From the sequence record OQ174507.1: DNA of 64,000 nt. One strand, 5' to 3'. Source of the DNA: Escherichia phage REP8. Position 1 is the first letter of the stretch; each line of letters opens with the position of its first letter. Made by a program: the position numbers and the translations under genes. Below are positions 1 to 18,146 of the stretch, piece by piece. The notes under the pieces are model-generated. The model had not been told where the DNA came from. It saw only the letters and a program-made list of their open reading frames with translations, and ran no database searches.

Positions 1-7171
<7,171 letters not shown>

Positions 7172-7173
7172 TA

Positions 7174-8346
7174 ATGGCAGTAGGTGAAATTCAAATTAGT
7201 GCCTTGCCTCAAGCAGCCTTACCAATTGACCTTAGTGATATCTTCCATCTTAAGCAGGGTATTGAGGATAAGAGATGCACTCTTGAGCAATTACTTGCTC
7301 CACACTCAAGCCTAAGAAATAACCCACATGGTGTTACTAAAACACAAATTGGTTTAGATAATGTTATTAATGCTCTTCAGTTAGTCGCTGCAAATAACTT
7401 ATCAGATATTGTTAATGTAGCTGAGGCAAGAGCAAATCTACAGATTATGTCTTCAGAAGAGGTTAATAGTCTTGTTCAACAGCATATTAATGATAAGAGT
7501 AACCCGCACAATACAACTAAGGCACAGGTAGGGTTGAGTAATGTTCAGAACTGGACAACATCTAACCTTTATAACGAGGATGCAGATAAGTATGCTACAG
7601 CAAGAGCAGTAAATAACTTGTACAAGGCTGTTCAGGCTTCCTATCCAGTAGGTACTATCCATCTTTCCATGAACTCTGCAAACCCTTCTACATATTTAAT
7701 TTGTGGAGGAACTTGGGAGTTGGTTTCAAAAGGTAGGGCATTGGTTGGTTATGCCTCTGATGCAAGACCAGCAGGTTCTGTATTTGGTGCTTCAACTGTC
7801 ACTTTGTCAGTTAATAATATGCCTCAACACTCCCACTCTGTATCACTTAGTGGTGGTGGCCACACTCATAATGCAACTGTGTCAATCTCAGCTTTTGACT
7901 ATGGAACTAAGACTACCAACTCTTTTGACTATGGAACAAAAGCTACTAACACAACTGGCAACCATACACACAATGTATCAGGTAACACAAGCACAAATGG
8001 TACTCACAACCATGATGTGTATCCTAGAGAAAATGATGGTACTGGTAATGCTGTAGCTGACTCTGATGGTGGTGGAGCATGGAGAACATCAAGAACTTCT
8101 AGTGATGGTGCACACTCACACAGTTTTAACGTCACATCTGGTGCATCAGGTGACCACAGCCACACGGTTGGTATTGGTGCTCACAGTCATACTGTTGGTA
8201 TTGGCTCACATACACACAATGGTACTGTGGCAGTTTCTTCTTCTGAGCATACACATAGTGGTAACACAAATAGTGTTGGTGGAGGTCAGGCTGTGAATAT
8301 TGAGCAGCCATCCTTCGTCCTGTATGTATGGCAGAGAACAGCTTAA
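7174..8346 (+). CDS. tail fibre protein with His-rich C-terminal repeats
   Basis: Repeated HSHS/HTHN/GxHxH motifs and tandem FDYGTK repeats in C-terminal half; C-terminus homologous to that of the next gene. Confidence 0.6.
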   Translation: MAVGEIQISALPQAALPIDLSDIFHLKQGIEDKRCTLEQLLAPHSSLRNNPHGVTKTQIGLDNVINALQLVAANNLSDIVNVAEARANLQIMSSEEVNSLVQQHINDKSNPHNTTKAQVGLSNVQNWTTSNLYNEDADKYATARAVNNLYKAVQASYPVGTIHLSMNSANPSTYLICGGTWELVSKGRALVGYASDARPAGSVFGASTVTLSVNNMPQHSHSVSLSGGGHTHNATVSISAFDYGTKTTNSFDYGTKATNTTGNHTHNVSGNTSTNGTHNHDVYPRENDGTGNAVADSDGGGAWRTSRTSSDGAHSHSFNVTSGASGDHSHTVGIGAHSHTVGIGSHTHNGTVAVSSSEHTHSGNTNSVGGGQAVNIEQPSFVLYVWQRTA

Positions 8347-8392
8347 TTTCTTTACAGGGGCTTGATAGCCCCTTTTAAGAGGAAAATTTATA

Positions 8393-10750
8393 ATGGCAGA
8401 TTACAAGTTGAGTGAATTAAACTCAATCGATACAATCCGTTCAGATGACCTTCTTCATGTCAGGGTTAAAAAGAGACCTGAAATGCTAGGTGATGAAGAC
8501 CGTCGAATGACCTATCAAGATTTCTTAGCATCTTTTAAGCTTGAAAGATTTGTTCAGATTGCTGGTAGTACTATGACGGGTGACTTAGGGATTGTTAAGT
8601 TACTTTATGGTGGTAAGGCAGTCTTTGACCCAACAGGCTCTTCTGAGGTTACTATTGGGGATGTTTTAAAGACTTTTAAAATCAACGCAAATGGTCTTAG
8701 ACTAACTATTGCAGATGCTTCAAGGTCAGCAACTGTTTATCATACTCTGAATAAACCAAGTCCTAATGAACTTGGGATGAGAACTAATGAAGAGAATGAT
8801 GCAAGATATGCAAGACTTGCTGTTACAAACTCATTCCAAGCTAAACAGAGTGTCGTAGCAAATGGTGAGCAGTTGACACTGAAGACCCCTGCGGGTGCAA
8901 GTGAGGCATACTCCGCTATTGTAGGTCGAAATGCCAATAATGATAAAACTTGGGCTGTTGGTAATCTAACTCAAGGAAGTCTTGATGTTCATCTCGAAAA
9001 TAGCAGAGGTTCAAGAATCACTCTAGGTGCAATTGTGTCTGTTAATAAGGCTCTTGCTATTACTGGTCAGGTTAAACCCTCTGATTGGTCTAACTTAGAT
9101 GCTAGATACTTTACTCAGACAGCAGCTAATCAGAGATTTGCACAGTTAACTACGAATAACACTTTCACAGGCGCTAATACATTTAGGGATATGCGTGTTA
9201 TCTCGAATTCTGCTGCTGTTACACTACAATGTGCATCAGCAAATGAATCATTTTATCTACTTGGAAAAGATTATCAAGGTGGTAACTCATGGTTTATTGG
9301 TAGAGGTAGTTCTGGAACAGAGGTTACACTCTATAACTATGTTAGTGATACATCTTTAGTGTTGTCTGAGACGGCAAGATTTAATAAGTCTGTAGAAATC
9401 ACTGGTCAAGTACAACCTTCTAATTGGACTAACATTGATTCAAGGTATGTTCCGAGTTCTCTGACAAGAGTTCTTGCAAGGACTGATTTAACTAATACTT
9501 TCACTAAAGCACAGATTATCTCTACTAGCAACGGCAACCTTTTTAGACTACAGACAACAGTACAAGATTCTGAACTCTACATGTCTGCACATAATGCTGA
9601 TGGGAACAGGAGATGGTGGTTGGGTATTGGTGGTGCTGGTCAAACCACAGTGGCACTTACCAATGATGTAACAAAAAAGTCAATCAATCTTGGTACTAAT
9701 TTAGATGTGAATACACATGTGAATATTGTTGGGCAAGTAAGACCAAGTGATTTCTCTAACTTAGACGATAGATACTACACCCAATCTGCCGCAAACTCTA
9801 GGTATATGCTTGCAGGTTATACTGGTGGAGCTTCAGAAGCAGATGGTAGTGATGGTGTTGCATGGAATGCAAAAACAGGATTATACACTGTCTCCAACGC
9901 AGCTAAGACGTATACTTACCTTGTGTATAACATGTTTTCGGGGGATGGTTCCACACCATCTGCACAATTAAAATTTCAGTTTCAAAATGGTGGGATGTGG
10001 TATAGGACATCAAGAGATGCCCATGGCTTCGAAGATAACTGGTCTAAAGTTTACACGGAAGCACAAAAACCAAAACCTTCAGATATTGGTGCATACTCTA
10101 AAGCAGAAACTGACCAGAAGATTGCACAGGCAATTAGTGACTCTACAGACCTTAACAAAATCTATCCAGTAGGCATTGTAACGTGGTTTAACAGTAATGT
10201 TGACCCTAATACAGCACTTCCTGGGTTAACTTGGACGTACCTGAACAATGGTGTTGGTAGAACTATCAGAATTGCAGCAGCAAACGGTTCAGATGTTGCT
10301 ACAACTGGTGGTTCAGATTCTGTGACGTTAGCTGTTGGTAACTTACCATCACACACCCATAGTTTCTCTGCTACCACTTCATCTTTTGATTATGGTACGA
10401 AGGGAACTAACAGTACGGGTGGGCACACTCACTCTGGTAGTGGTTCTACTAGCACAAATGGTGAGCACACTCACTACATTGAGGCGTGGAATGGTACTGG
10501 TAGAGGTGGTGATAAGATGTCATCATATGCCGTATCATACAGGACGGGTGGGAGTTATACTAATGCAGCAGGGAACCACAGTCATACTTTCTCTTTTGGG
10601 ACTAGCGGTGCTGGCGACCATTCCCACTCTGTAGGCATTGGTGCTCACAGCCACACAGTTAGTGGTAACACTGGTGGTACAGGTTCTGGTTCAGCATTTA
10701 GTGTTACTAACCAGTTCTACAAGCTAATGGCTTGGGTGAGAACTGCTTAA
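8393..10750 (+). CDS. long tail fibre protein
   Basis: 785 aa; three internal repeats of GQV[KQR]PS[DN][WF][ST]N[LI]D[AS]RY; His-rich C-terminus shared with 7174-8346. Confidence 0.6.
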   Translation: MADYKLSELNSIDTIRSDDLLHVRVKKRPEMLGDEDRRMTYQDFLASFKLERFVQIAGSTMTGDLGIVKLLYGGKAVFDPTGSSEVTIGDVLKTFKINANGLRLTIADASRSATVYHTLNKPSPNELGMRTNEENDARYARLAVTNSFQAKQSVVANGEQLTLKTPAGASEAYSAIVGRNANNDKTWAVGNLTQGSLDVHLENSRGSRITLGAIVSVNKALAITGQVKPSDWSNLDARYFTQTAANQRFAQLTTNNTFTGANTFRDMRVISNSAAVTLQCASANESFYLLGKDYQGGNSWFIGRGSSGTEVTLYNYVSDTSLVLSETARFNKSVEITGQVQPSNWTNIDSRYVPSSLTRVLARTDLTNTFTKAQIISTSNGNLFRLQTTVQDSELYMSAHNADGNRRWWLGIGGAGQTTVALTNDVTKKSINLGTNLDVNTHVNIVGQVRPSDFSNLDDRYYTQSAANSRYMLAGYTGGASEADGSDGVAWNAKTGLYTVSNAAKTYTYLVYNMFSGDGSTPSAQLKFQFQNGGMWYRTSRDAHGFEDNWSKVYTEAQKPKPSDIGAYSKAETDQKIAQAISDSTDLNKIYPVGIVTWFNSNVDPNTALPGLTWTYLNNGVGRTIRIAAANGSDVATTGGSDSVTLAVGNLPSHTHSFSATTSSFDYGTKGTNSTGGHTHSGSGSTSTNGEHTHYIEAWNGTGRGGDKMSSYAVSYRTGGSYTNAAGNHSHTFSFGTSGAGDHSHSVGIGAHSHTVSGNTGGTGSGSAFSVTNQFYKLMAWVRTA

Positions 10751-10828
10751 TCCCTTGTTGACTGATTGTTAAGATGGTGTTAATATTCTTTAGGGTATTC
10801 TCACCATCTTGGCTGATGAGGTGATTAA

Positions 10829-11023
10829 ATGCCTACAATCCTAGCAATTCTTCTAAAAAATCTAGGTAGCTTCTTCTGGAAACTCATTTTATCCCTTCTA
10901 AGTGAATACATGATTGAGAAAGTGTTCTTTAAGCTTGCAAGATACCTTGCGAGTAAAACAGACACACCTATTGATGATGAGTTCGTAGATAACTTAGAAA
11001 AAGCTTTTAAGGGGGAGAAGTAA
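10829..11023 (+). CDS. small hydrophobic protein
   Basis: 64 aa, N-terminal hydrophobic segment. Confidence 0.3.
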   Translation: MPTILAILLKNLGSFFWKLILSLLSEYMIEKVFFKLARYLASKTDTPIDDEFVDNLEKAFKGEK

Positions 11024-11395
11024 ATGAAGTGGTTAGAGGAAGCTTTTAAAAATAATATTGGTGCAATTGTAGTTGGTATTTTTAGTGTTATCGGGATGTA
11101 TACCACGATGCAAGTGTCAAGTGGTAAACAAGAGGTGTCTGTCAAAACAAAGTTACAACAGTTGGATAATTACACAAGTAGCAACTATTCAGCTATTCGT
11201 GATTTACAGTCTGACATGAGACTTATTCAGTTAGGGATGGAGAACCAGAAAGTTCAGTTAGAGAATGTTAAGGGTGAAAACGCAAAACTTACCAAAACTC
11301 TTGATAAATTCTCTGACAGTGTGAACAATCTGGCTCAATCAGTATCAGCCCTCCAAGCTATTACTGAAAAGAACACAAAGAATACTGAAAAATAA
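11024..11395 (+). CDS. membrane-anchored coiled-coil protein
   Basis: N-terminal TM helix (IGAIVVGIFSVIGMY) followed by heptad-like region. Confidence 0.3.
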   Translation: MKWLEEAFKNNIGAIVVGIFSVIGMYTTMQVSSGKQEVSVKTKLQQLDNYTSSNYSAIRDLQSDMRLIQLGMENQKVQLENVKGENAKLTKTLDKFSDSVNNLAQSVSALQAITEKNTKNTEK

Positions 11396-11400
11396 AGTTT

Positions 11401-11430
11401 AAGGCTCCTTTTTACGGGAGCCTTTTTTGT
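11401..11430. terminator. intrinsic terminator (possibly bidirectional)
   Basis: GGCTCC-loop-GGAGCC hairpin followed by TTTTTT; sits between convergent genes. Confidence 0.55.
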
Positions 11431-11431
11431 T

Positions 11432-12331
11432 TTATTTACCTACTGACAAAGGTGCTTCAATCTTTCCTGCATGTTGATAGTTGCTAATACCACCGATAAA
11501 GTCACTTGCAGTAAGATGTTTTAAGTCACTTAAAGTGTTAAGCTGTACACCAATCTCAAAAGTGGGTGCATGGAACTCTTCATTGTTCATCAGTTCATAA
11601 ACCTGTTTCATATGGTTCTGATAAATCTGAGTATCTCCAAAGACACCTATCAAGTACCGTGGAGTGTATCCAGTCATCTTACAAAGAACTTCTAAGATGA
11701 AACCATAAGACGCAATATTAAACGGAAGTCCTAAAAAGGTGTCTACTGAACGCTGATACCATTGCAAATCCACTTCACCCTCGTTAGTGATGTAAATCTG
11801 AAACAGAACATGACAAGGTGCTAAAGCCATCGAGTTGGCTGCAATATCTGCTGCATTCCAAGCATTAACAAGCATGTAACGGTCTGTGATATCACCTTTC
11901 ATCTTCGTTACTAAGGTCTCTAACTGGTCTACAACACAACCGTTATGACCTTCAAAGTTTCTCCACTGAACCCCGTAGATTCTCCCACCTGCATCTTCTA
12001 ACCAGTCTTGTTCAGAAGAATAATTAGAGCTTAACCAGCGTTTAAAATCATCTGACCAGATTGTCCAACGTTCTCCGTCATTTTCACCCCAAGTACGATA
12101 ACGGAGTTCACCCAGCTTATTCTCGCCATTCAGGAACCATAAAGCTTCCCCAATAACTTGCCGTGTAAACACCTGTTTAGATGTTAAGAGCGGGAAACCA
12201 GTTCGCATATCAAAACGAAACTGAGGTGGAGCAAATGCAGAGATGACATCTCCAGTTCGTGTAGTACGCAGTTCACCAACTGATAAAACATGGTTCAGGA
12301 TATTTTTGTAACTCAAATCAGCTTGTGACAT
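11432..12331 (-). CDS. thyA: thymidylate synthase (ThyA family)
   Basis: Motifs LAPCHVLFQ and QRSVDTFLGLPFNIASYG match the ThyA active-site region; a dNMP hydroxymethylase cannot be formally excluded. Confidence 0.65.
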   Translation of the reverse strand: MSQADLSYKNILNHVLSVGELRTTRTGDVISAFAPPQFRFDMRTGFPLLTSKQVFTRQVIGEALWFLNGENKLGELRYRTWGENDGERWTIWSDDFKRWLSSNYSSEQDWLEDAGGRIYGVQWRNFEGHNGCVVDQLETLVTKMKGDITDRYMLVNAWNAADIAANSMALAPCHVLFQIYITNEGEVDLQWYQRSVDTFLGLPFNIASYGFILEVLCKMTGYTPRYLIGVFGDTQIYQNHMKQVYELMNNEEFHAPTFEIGVQLNTLSDLKHLTASDFIGGISNYQHAGKIEAPLSVGK

Positions 12332-12332
12332 A

Positions 12333-12878
12333 TCAAAAGTGTCCTTTTACTTGTGGAACATAAATCTCAAAGGTTGCTTTACCATCATCTGAGGGTCTTG
12401 ACTGCACCTTTGCAAATACACGGCTATCATACAGCTTCTCAAAGAAGTTTTCAAAAGGTAAATACACAGTGGCCTCTTCAGTAACTTTATGGAAAACTGT
12501 ATGGAAAACTACACCAGCATACGGCAAAGCATTGACAAGAACACCTGCACCACCAATTACAAAGACATCTTCATCAATAGAGCTATCAAGATACTTCAAA
12601 AATGCTCCAAATGACTCTTTACTGGCTTTAGCATACATTACATCATCTTTGCCAAAGTCTATGCCTAAGTATGGTACAGAATTTGTTAAGATGAGGTTTG
12701 CACGTTCTGGTAAAGGTTTACTACCCAGAGTCTTAAAAGTCTCATTACCCATAACTACTAAGTTGTCTTTAGTGAGTCTCTTAAACTCTTTCATATCTTG
12801 CTTATGTCGAGGCCACGGCATACCAGTTGGAGTACCGAACTCCCCATTTTCACCACTTGCAAAGATTAATTTAATCAT
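12333..12878 (-). CDS. frd: dihydrofolate reductase
   Basis: N-terminus MIKLIFASGENGEFG..MPWPRHKQDMKEFKRLT..VVMGNETFKTLG fits DHFR signature; adjacent to thyA. Confidence 0.65.
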   Translation of the reverse strand: MIKLIFASGENGEFGTPTGMPWPRHKQDMKEFKRLTKDNLVVMGNETFKTLGSKPLPERANLILTNSVPYLGIDFGKDDVMYAKASKESFGAFLKYLDSSIDEDVFVIGGAGVLVNALPYAGVVFHTVFHKVTEEATVYLPFENFFEKLYDSRVFAKVQSRPSDDGKATFEIYVPQVKGHF

Positions 12879-13135
12879 TTTGTAAACCTTTTCTTAATGA
12901 ACCAGTTGATAACATTCTTCACAGATTTATTGCTATGGTAGATTAAGTGCGGCGTGGGTTGGTATGAACCATAAGCCCAGAAAGCGATAATTTCATTACA
13001 CCCTGTGCATCGGGTACTTTCTTCAGTAATATGACCGTTGACTATTTCACTTACCTCACCTTGTAAGTCTGTACACCCACAATGTGGACATCGGATAGGT
13101 GTCCCATCAGACTCATAGCAGTGTTCAATTTTCAT
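12875..13135 (-). CDS. zinc-ribbon protein
   Basis: CPHCG...CTGCN cysteine pairs. Confidence 0.3.
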   Translation of the reverse strand: MKIEHCYESDGTPIRCPHCGCTDLQGEVSEIVNGHITEESTRCTGCNEIIAFWAYGSYQPTPHLIYHSNKSVKNVINWFIKKRFTK

Positions 13136-13651
13136 CTATTTAACCTCAAAAACTGGTTCAAGAACCAATATAAAGTCTACACAGTCATCTTCTTCATCCA
13201 GAATACCATCAAAGTTCTTAGGAACGAAGTCGAAGAGGCTCATCACAAAGCAGTCAGAAGTGACCTTGATAGTTCCTCCCATGTTCTCTACAGTCAACAC
13301 TGTACGACTTTCTTTTACCTCCCTCAGAAGATTACCCACAAAGTCATCTAAGAAATACTTCATCAGTGACTTGAAACCTTTAGGGTAATCTGTACCAGAG
13401 TATGTTTCAATCTGAGGAACAAGTTTAACATTTATACTAGTCTTTGTTAAGAACGTTTTAGAGAACATACTATCAGGTAGCTTACAAACAGTCTTTCCAG
13501 TACCTTCATGTTCAATCTCAACAAAACCAGCTTCATCGCCACATGTAACTATTTTAAAAGATGCTTCATTCTCATACTGTGAAGCCATAAACTTTTTAAG
13601 CATCACTTTAAGGAAATCTGCATGAGCATCTTGTAAGTAGATATCAATCAT
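13136..13651 (-). CDS. hypothetical protein
   Basis: ORF only. Confidence 0.3.
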   Translation of the reverse strand: MIDIYLQDAHADFLKVMLKKFMASQYENEASFKIVTCGDEAGFVEIEHEGTGKTVCKLPDSMFSKTFLTKTSINVKLVPQIETYSGTDYPKGFKSLMKYFLDDFVGNLLREVKESRTVLTVENMGGTIKVTSDCFVMSLFDFVPKNFDGILDEEDDCVDFILVLEPVFEVK

Positions 13652-13664
13652 AGTTAATCACCTA

Positions 13665-14024
13665 TTATGGGAACAGACACTTAATGTCATCATTTTTGAA
13701 AACAAAACTTGTGTAGTTATGACCGTCAACATCCAGCCAAACAGCCTGAACATCCACACCATCAAGATTCTGGTAAAGCTCTTTGATGAAGTGGTCTTTC
13801 ACAACCTGACTGCTAGTTGTTTCCAGCTTAATGTTTGAGATTGCTGAGCCTACAGCCATATAGCCCATGACACGTTTCTTCTCAGTGTGCTTAATCTTAC
13901 CATCTTTGTAAGCCATAATGAGATTGGAAAGAATCTTCACACCGTAGTACTTTTCAAGGTGAGTTGGTACGCCATAAAAGCCTAATGCGAAGTTTTCAGA
14001 GTGGATAATGTTTTCACGTTTCAT
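13665..14024 (-). CDS. hypothetical protein
   Basis: ORF only. Confidence 0.3.
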   Translation of the reverse strand: MKRENIIHSENFALGFYGVPTHLEKYYGVKILSNLIMAYKDGKIKHTEKKRVMGYMAVGSAISNIKLETTSSQVVKDHFIKELYQNLDGVDVQAVWLDVDGHNYTSFVFKNDDIKCLFP

Positions 14025-14025
14025 A

Positions 14026-14355
14026 TTAATCTGCCAACCTTAAATTGAAATTAACACCAAATTTTTCACATACTTCCAACATATACTCAAGGGAGACGTT
14101 ACCAGTGAGATGGATTATGTTGGATACACGAGCCTGAGAGATACCACAAATTTTAGCAACTTGCTCTTGAGAAAGACCTCTGGATTTAATCTCTCTCTTA
14201 AAACGATGTGCAACGAAGTCTCTCATTTCGTCTACATCCATTGGACAAATATAACTCTCCATTTCAGCCTCTCTGTCAGCCTCCCAATCATCTTGTGGAG
14301 CATAAGGGTCAAAAACCTCATTCATCTTTCTTCCTCCGTTTGCGTGGAGTGTCAA
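14026..14355 (-). CDS. helix-turn-helix DNA-binding protein
   Basis: LSQEQVAKICGISQARVSNI resembles an XRE-type HTH. Confidence 0.4.
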   Translation of the reverse strand: MTLHANGGRKMNEVFDPYAPQDDWEADREAEMESYICPMDVDEMRDFVAHRFKREIKSRGLSQEQVAKICGISQARVSNIIHLTGNVSLEYMLEVCEKFGVNFNLRLAD

Positions 14356-14530
14356 TCAATGAATCTATGTTTGTAGCCCTAACCTTTTCACGTTCATCAT
14401 TAAGATAATCATCAAGAGCCTTTTCAATCTGTGAATCATCTTGACAGATAACTGTAAAGACTGTAAAGCCGTCTGTATCGTCAATTATCTTACCATAACC
14501 GCTTCTGGGATGTAACTTTTTAAGAGCCAT
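14318..14530 (-). CDS. hypothetical protein
   Basis: ORF only. Confidence 0.25.
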   Translation of the reverse strand: MALKKLHPRSGYGKIIDDTDGFTVFTVICQDDSQIEKALDDYLNDEREKVRATNIDSLIDTPRKRRKKDE

Positions 14531-14531
14531 A

Positions 14532-14915
14532 TCAAATACCTGTGCAGCTTCTGTTTTCTAAGAAATACTCCACACCGTACATAGCTTTTTGCATCAAATC
14601 TTCTTTAAACTGGATACGATGGTTGAGCATAGCCTGTACATCAATATCATCATGGTGCTTCTCTTTAATATTTGCAGATTGCAGGAAATACTCTGCAAGA
14701 ACACGATACTGATAGTCAGTCACCTTATCAGTCATCTCTGTTAAAGATTCTTCAGAGATTGGTTTAAGTAGCTCACCTTTGGATAAAGCAACACCTTTTA
14801 CAATCTGGCAAGTGTCTTCTGGAACACCTGATAAGTTCACATTTGGTAGTTCTGTTGCACTAACTGGTGAACTTATTGCCATAACCATTGCAGCAGCTAA
14901 TAGAATCTTTTTCAT
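14532..14915 (-). CDS. secreted/periplasmic protein
   Basis: N-terminal signal peptide MKKILLAAAMVMAISSPVSA. Confidence 0.35.
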   Translation of the reverse strand: MKKILLAAAMVMAISSPVSATELPNVNLSGVPEDTCQIVKGVALSKGELLKPISEESLTEMTDKVTDYQYRVLAEYFLQSANIKEKHHDDIDVQAMLNHRIQFKEDLMQKAMYGVEYFLENRSCTGI

Positions 14916-14959
14916 AATGACCTCAAAGTTATATTAAATTTTGTATTACGTTGAGTATA

Positions 14960-14988
14960 AAAATAAGCTATAACACCTGACTTGTCAA
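14960..14988 (-). promoter_or_regulatory. sigma70-like promoter with flanking 9-bp inverted repeat
   Basis: Minus strand TTGACA-N17-TATTTT; AAGCTATAA/TTATAGCTT inverted repeat brackets the -35. Confidence 0.35.
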
Positions 14989-15005
14989 CAGATTTTATAG
15001 CTTAT

Positions 15006-15128
15006 TTGGCAGATTTTTTATAAGGCTACTGCCATCCTTCCATACATTACCTAACCAGACCAGACCTTACCTTACCAAACACCACCCCACCTCATTAAAA
15101 GACCCTCTTTAAAGACCTTTTAAAAAGG
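15006..15128. repeat. ~125-bp intergenic repeat element, copy A
   Basis: Shares two near-identical blocks with 16261-16397; plus strand almost G-free. Confidence 0.6.
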
Positions 15129-15146
15129 AGCCTCCGAAGAGGCTAC
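15116..15146 (-). terminator. intrinsic terminator
   Basis: Minus strand AGCCTC-TTCG-GAGGCT hairpin followed by TTTTT. Confidence 0.5.
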
Positions 15147-15155
15147 CTAGTCAAC

Positions 15156-15596
15156 TTAGAAAGGTTTTCTACGTTGCTTGTTAATATTAGCTTTCATAGC
15201 AGCTAAATGGTTTTGCTGTTCAATTAGTCGTGAACGTTCTTGGTGGCTAAGTGCCATAGTGTTCACATTCTCAATCGCTTGAGTGGCTTGCTTTAAAGCA
15301 CGACCAATCTTACCAGACATTTTGCGTTTTGCAATAGTTGCTTGATGCTTAGGTTCAACCACACGATAACCAACACCCATTGAAGCAACCAGATAAATCT
15401 TCTCTTCTTTAAGAAGCTTCTCAATAAACTTCTCAAGCCGGTTTAGACGTGTAAGTGCATAAGCCTTCATTTCATCTTCGTACTTAACAATGTCACCTTG
15501 ATAAGTTGGCTTCACAATACCTAAGAAGGTATCCATCTCAGAATGTGATACAGTGTCACCGTAACTAAACTTTGCTGCTAATGCTTTTGTATTCAT
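15156..15596 (-). CDS. hypothetical protein
   Basis: ORF only. Confidence 0.3.
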   Translation of the reverse strand: MNTKALAAKFSYGDTVSHSEMDTFLGIVKPTYQGDIVKYEDEMKAYALTRLNRLEKFIEKLLKEEKIYLVASMGVGYRVVEPKHQATIAKRKMSGKIGRALKQATQAIENVNTMALSHQERSRLIEQQNHLAAMKANINKQRRKPF

Positions 15597-15598
15597 AA

Positions 15599-16204
<606 letters not shown>

Positions 16205-16260
16205 TTAGTTGATTGTTAAGTTGTTTGTAAAGAACCCTCAACAGAAGACTCTTTAGAAAC

Positions 16261-16397
16261 TTGGCAGATTTTTTTATAAGGCTACTGCCATCCTTCCATA
16301 CATTACCAAACAGTACCGTGCCACAACACACCATACCCAACTCCACCTAACCCTACCACACCTTATTAAAAGACCCTCCTAAAGACCTTTTAAAAAA
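16261..16397. repeat. ~135-bp intergenic repeat element, copy B
   Basis: Homologous to 15006-15128; followed by a further C/A-rich tract to ~16490. Confidence 0.6.
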
Positions 16398-16561
16398 GTA
16401 AGTCTCATTTTAATGTAGCTGAGACTAACTACCCACACCAAACCTTACTTCACCGGACCCTACCACACCCTACCTAGCCTTGCATTACCGTACATCACTT
16501 AAAAACCCTCTTAGAAGACCCTTAAGTGATGCTGGTGAGTACCCGTTGGTTTATGCTGCTC

Positions 16562-16590
16562 AGTATACTCACCAAATTTTCTATGTCAAC
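16562..16590 (-). promoter_or_regulatory. sigma70-like promoter with hairpin over the -10
   Basis: Minus strand TTGACA-N17-TATACT; GGTGAGTA...TACTCACC inverted repeat overlaps the -10. Confidence 0.4.
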
Positions 16591-16596
16591 AACTTT

Positions 16597-17700
16597 TTAT
16601 TCGTAGTCTCGAATAACTAACCCAACAGGGAACTGTAAAGAACCTTTACGAGTCATCTTCTGGAACTGAACCGTCAAAGGTTTCCCGATAAACTCTTCAG
16701 GATGTTCAGCAAGATACTGTTTCTTCTCATGAGTAGTCTTCCATGAGACATCTACAAAGACGTTAGGAAGAGTCTCTACAACGAACTTGCCATGACCACG
16801 CTTATCAGTCTTTACACCAGTCACTTTAAACTCTTCAGTGTGCATCTTCTTGTGCTTAATCAAGAAGTATGAACGGTGACAGCACTCATAGAAGGAGTCT
16901 TCAGAGATTGAACGGTACATTGCACCTTCAAACTTAGCTTCAACCCACTTATCATGAGCTTCATCAAACTCTTCCCAAGAATTTACACGACGAGACTTAA
17001 CAGGGATAACTTTACAGCCATCTCTAAAGTCATTCAATGGTGAAGTCTCAATAATATCTCTACGCTCAGGCCACGTCTTAGTACTGTCACAGATATCATA
17101 CCAGTAAAACTTGAGCAAGTGTCTGTCAGGATTGTCTTCATTTTTAATCATGGAGACGATATCTTCTAAGTCCCACCCATGAGCATAAATCTCTCCATCA
17201 AATTCATCAACATCTTTGTGGAGCCTTAACATTGCCATAATGTCAGGTATTAGTTCAGTAGGTATTTTGTAAACAGTATTCTCACGAGAATATGCTGTAA
17301 ATACACTGCCAATGCTTAAGTGCCTTGAAATCCTACAACGGACACCATCAAGTTTCGGTTGAGCATCAGCAGGGAACTTCAGATACTTTGCATGGCTAAC
17401 CTTTGCAGCATCATGAGCAAGTTGTACACCTACCTTCTCAGTATTCTGTGCAGACTCTTTTGTGTAAGCATAACCTTTGCGGTCAACTTGCTTTTTATAC
17501 TTAGCAGCAACTTCAAAGAGAGCTTGCTGTTCAGCATTACGCTCATTCTTTTTACCGATGTTTTTCGGTTCTGCTGTATACTCTTCAAACATCATCTTGC
17601 CATTTTCTTTACCGTAGGTTGTAATAACTTTGTCACCTACAGCAACGCATGACCAGACGTTAAAAGAGCCATCTTTATTTTGTTTGTATAGAATTGTCAT
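16597..17700 (-). CDS. ATP-dependent DNA ligase
   Basis: KLDGVRC nucleotidyltransferase motif I; 367 aa, T7-ligase-like size. Confidence 0.65.
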   Translation of the reverse strand: MTILYKQNKDGSFNVWSCVAVGDKVITTYGKENGKMMFEEYTAEPKNIGKKNERNAEQQALFEVAAKYKKQVDRKGYAYTKESAQNTEKVGVQLAHDAAKVSHAKYLKFPADAQPKLDGVRCRISRHLSIGSVFTAYSRENTVYKIPTELIPDIMAMLRLHKDVDEFDGEIYAHGWDLEDIVSMIKNEDNPDRHLLKFYWYDICDSTKTWPERRDIIETSPLNDFRDGCKVIPVKSRRVNSWEEFDEAHDKWVEAKFEGAMYRSISEDSFYECCHRSYFLIKHKKMHTEEFKVTGVKTDKRGHGKFVVETLPNVFVDVSWKTTHEKKQYLAEHPEEFIGKPLTVQFQKMTRKGSLQFPVGLVIRDYE

Positions 17701-17903
17701 TTTCTCTTACCACCAATCTCTACGTCAATCACTTGAACATCACCAGCAACATCAAACTTATGAATGATGCTTTCCACAGTGTAAGTCCAACCCTCGATTC
17801 GAACCAACTCACCTTCTCGTGGGACGATTGGGTTACGTTGAGCTACGGTTGTAGTGGAGTGAGCAACATCATAACAGTAGATATAGTTTACTAGGACTTG
17901 CAT
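17697..17903 (-). CDS. hypothetical protein
   Basis: ORF only. Confidence 0.25.
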   Translation of the reverse strand: MQVLVNYIYCYDVAHSTTTVAQRNPIVPREGELVRIEGWTYTVESIIHKFDVAGDVQVIDVEIGGKRK

Positions 17904-17912
17904 ATCTTTCCC

Positions 17913-18146
17913 TTAAAAGGATAAGTCAATATCAATACGTTCACCCTTAAGGACTCCAGTGCGGTCTCTTGCAATCTTGCCGTCAACAATAAGGATATGC
18001 GCAGACCTTAAAGATTCACTATTAAAACCTTTTACGAACTTGCTAGGCATAACCACAATAAGCATCTCTTGAATCAACTCTGGGGTGTAGCAGTTGTCGT
18101 GAAGTTGCTGAATAACGTCTGAAAGTGTCATTTTTGGTGTCTCCAA
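17913..18146 (-). CDS. hypothetical protein
   Basis: ORF only. Confidence 0.25.
   Translation of the reverse strand: METPKMTLSDVIQQLHDNCYTPELIQEMLIVVMPSKFVKGFNSESLRSAHILIVDGKIARDRTGVLKGERIDIDLSF

Noticed and set aside
7453-8296. ORFs nested in alternative frames or antisense inside the first tail-fibre gene (7453-7662 minus, 7703-8056, 8066-8296)
   Set aside because: They lie wholly within the His-repeat coding region, have odd Leu/Val/His-rich compositions produced by reading repeats out of frame, and lack RBS; frame artefacts.
9987-10634. ORFs 9987-10172, 10162-10377 (minus) and 10335-10634 inside the long tail-fibre gene
   Set aside because: Same reason: alternative-frame or antisense readings of a repeat-rich gene.
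11432-12331. Alternative call of the ThyA-family gene as a dCMP or dUMP hydroxymethylase (hypermodified DNA)
   Set aside because: Kept as thymidylate synthase because it is paired with DHFR and I saw no glycosyltransferase or other hypermodification genes; this cannot be settled from motifs alone.
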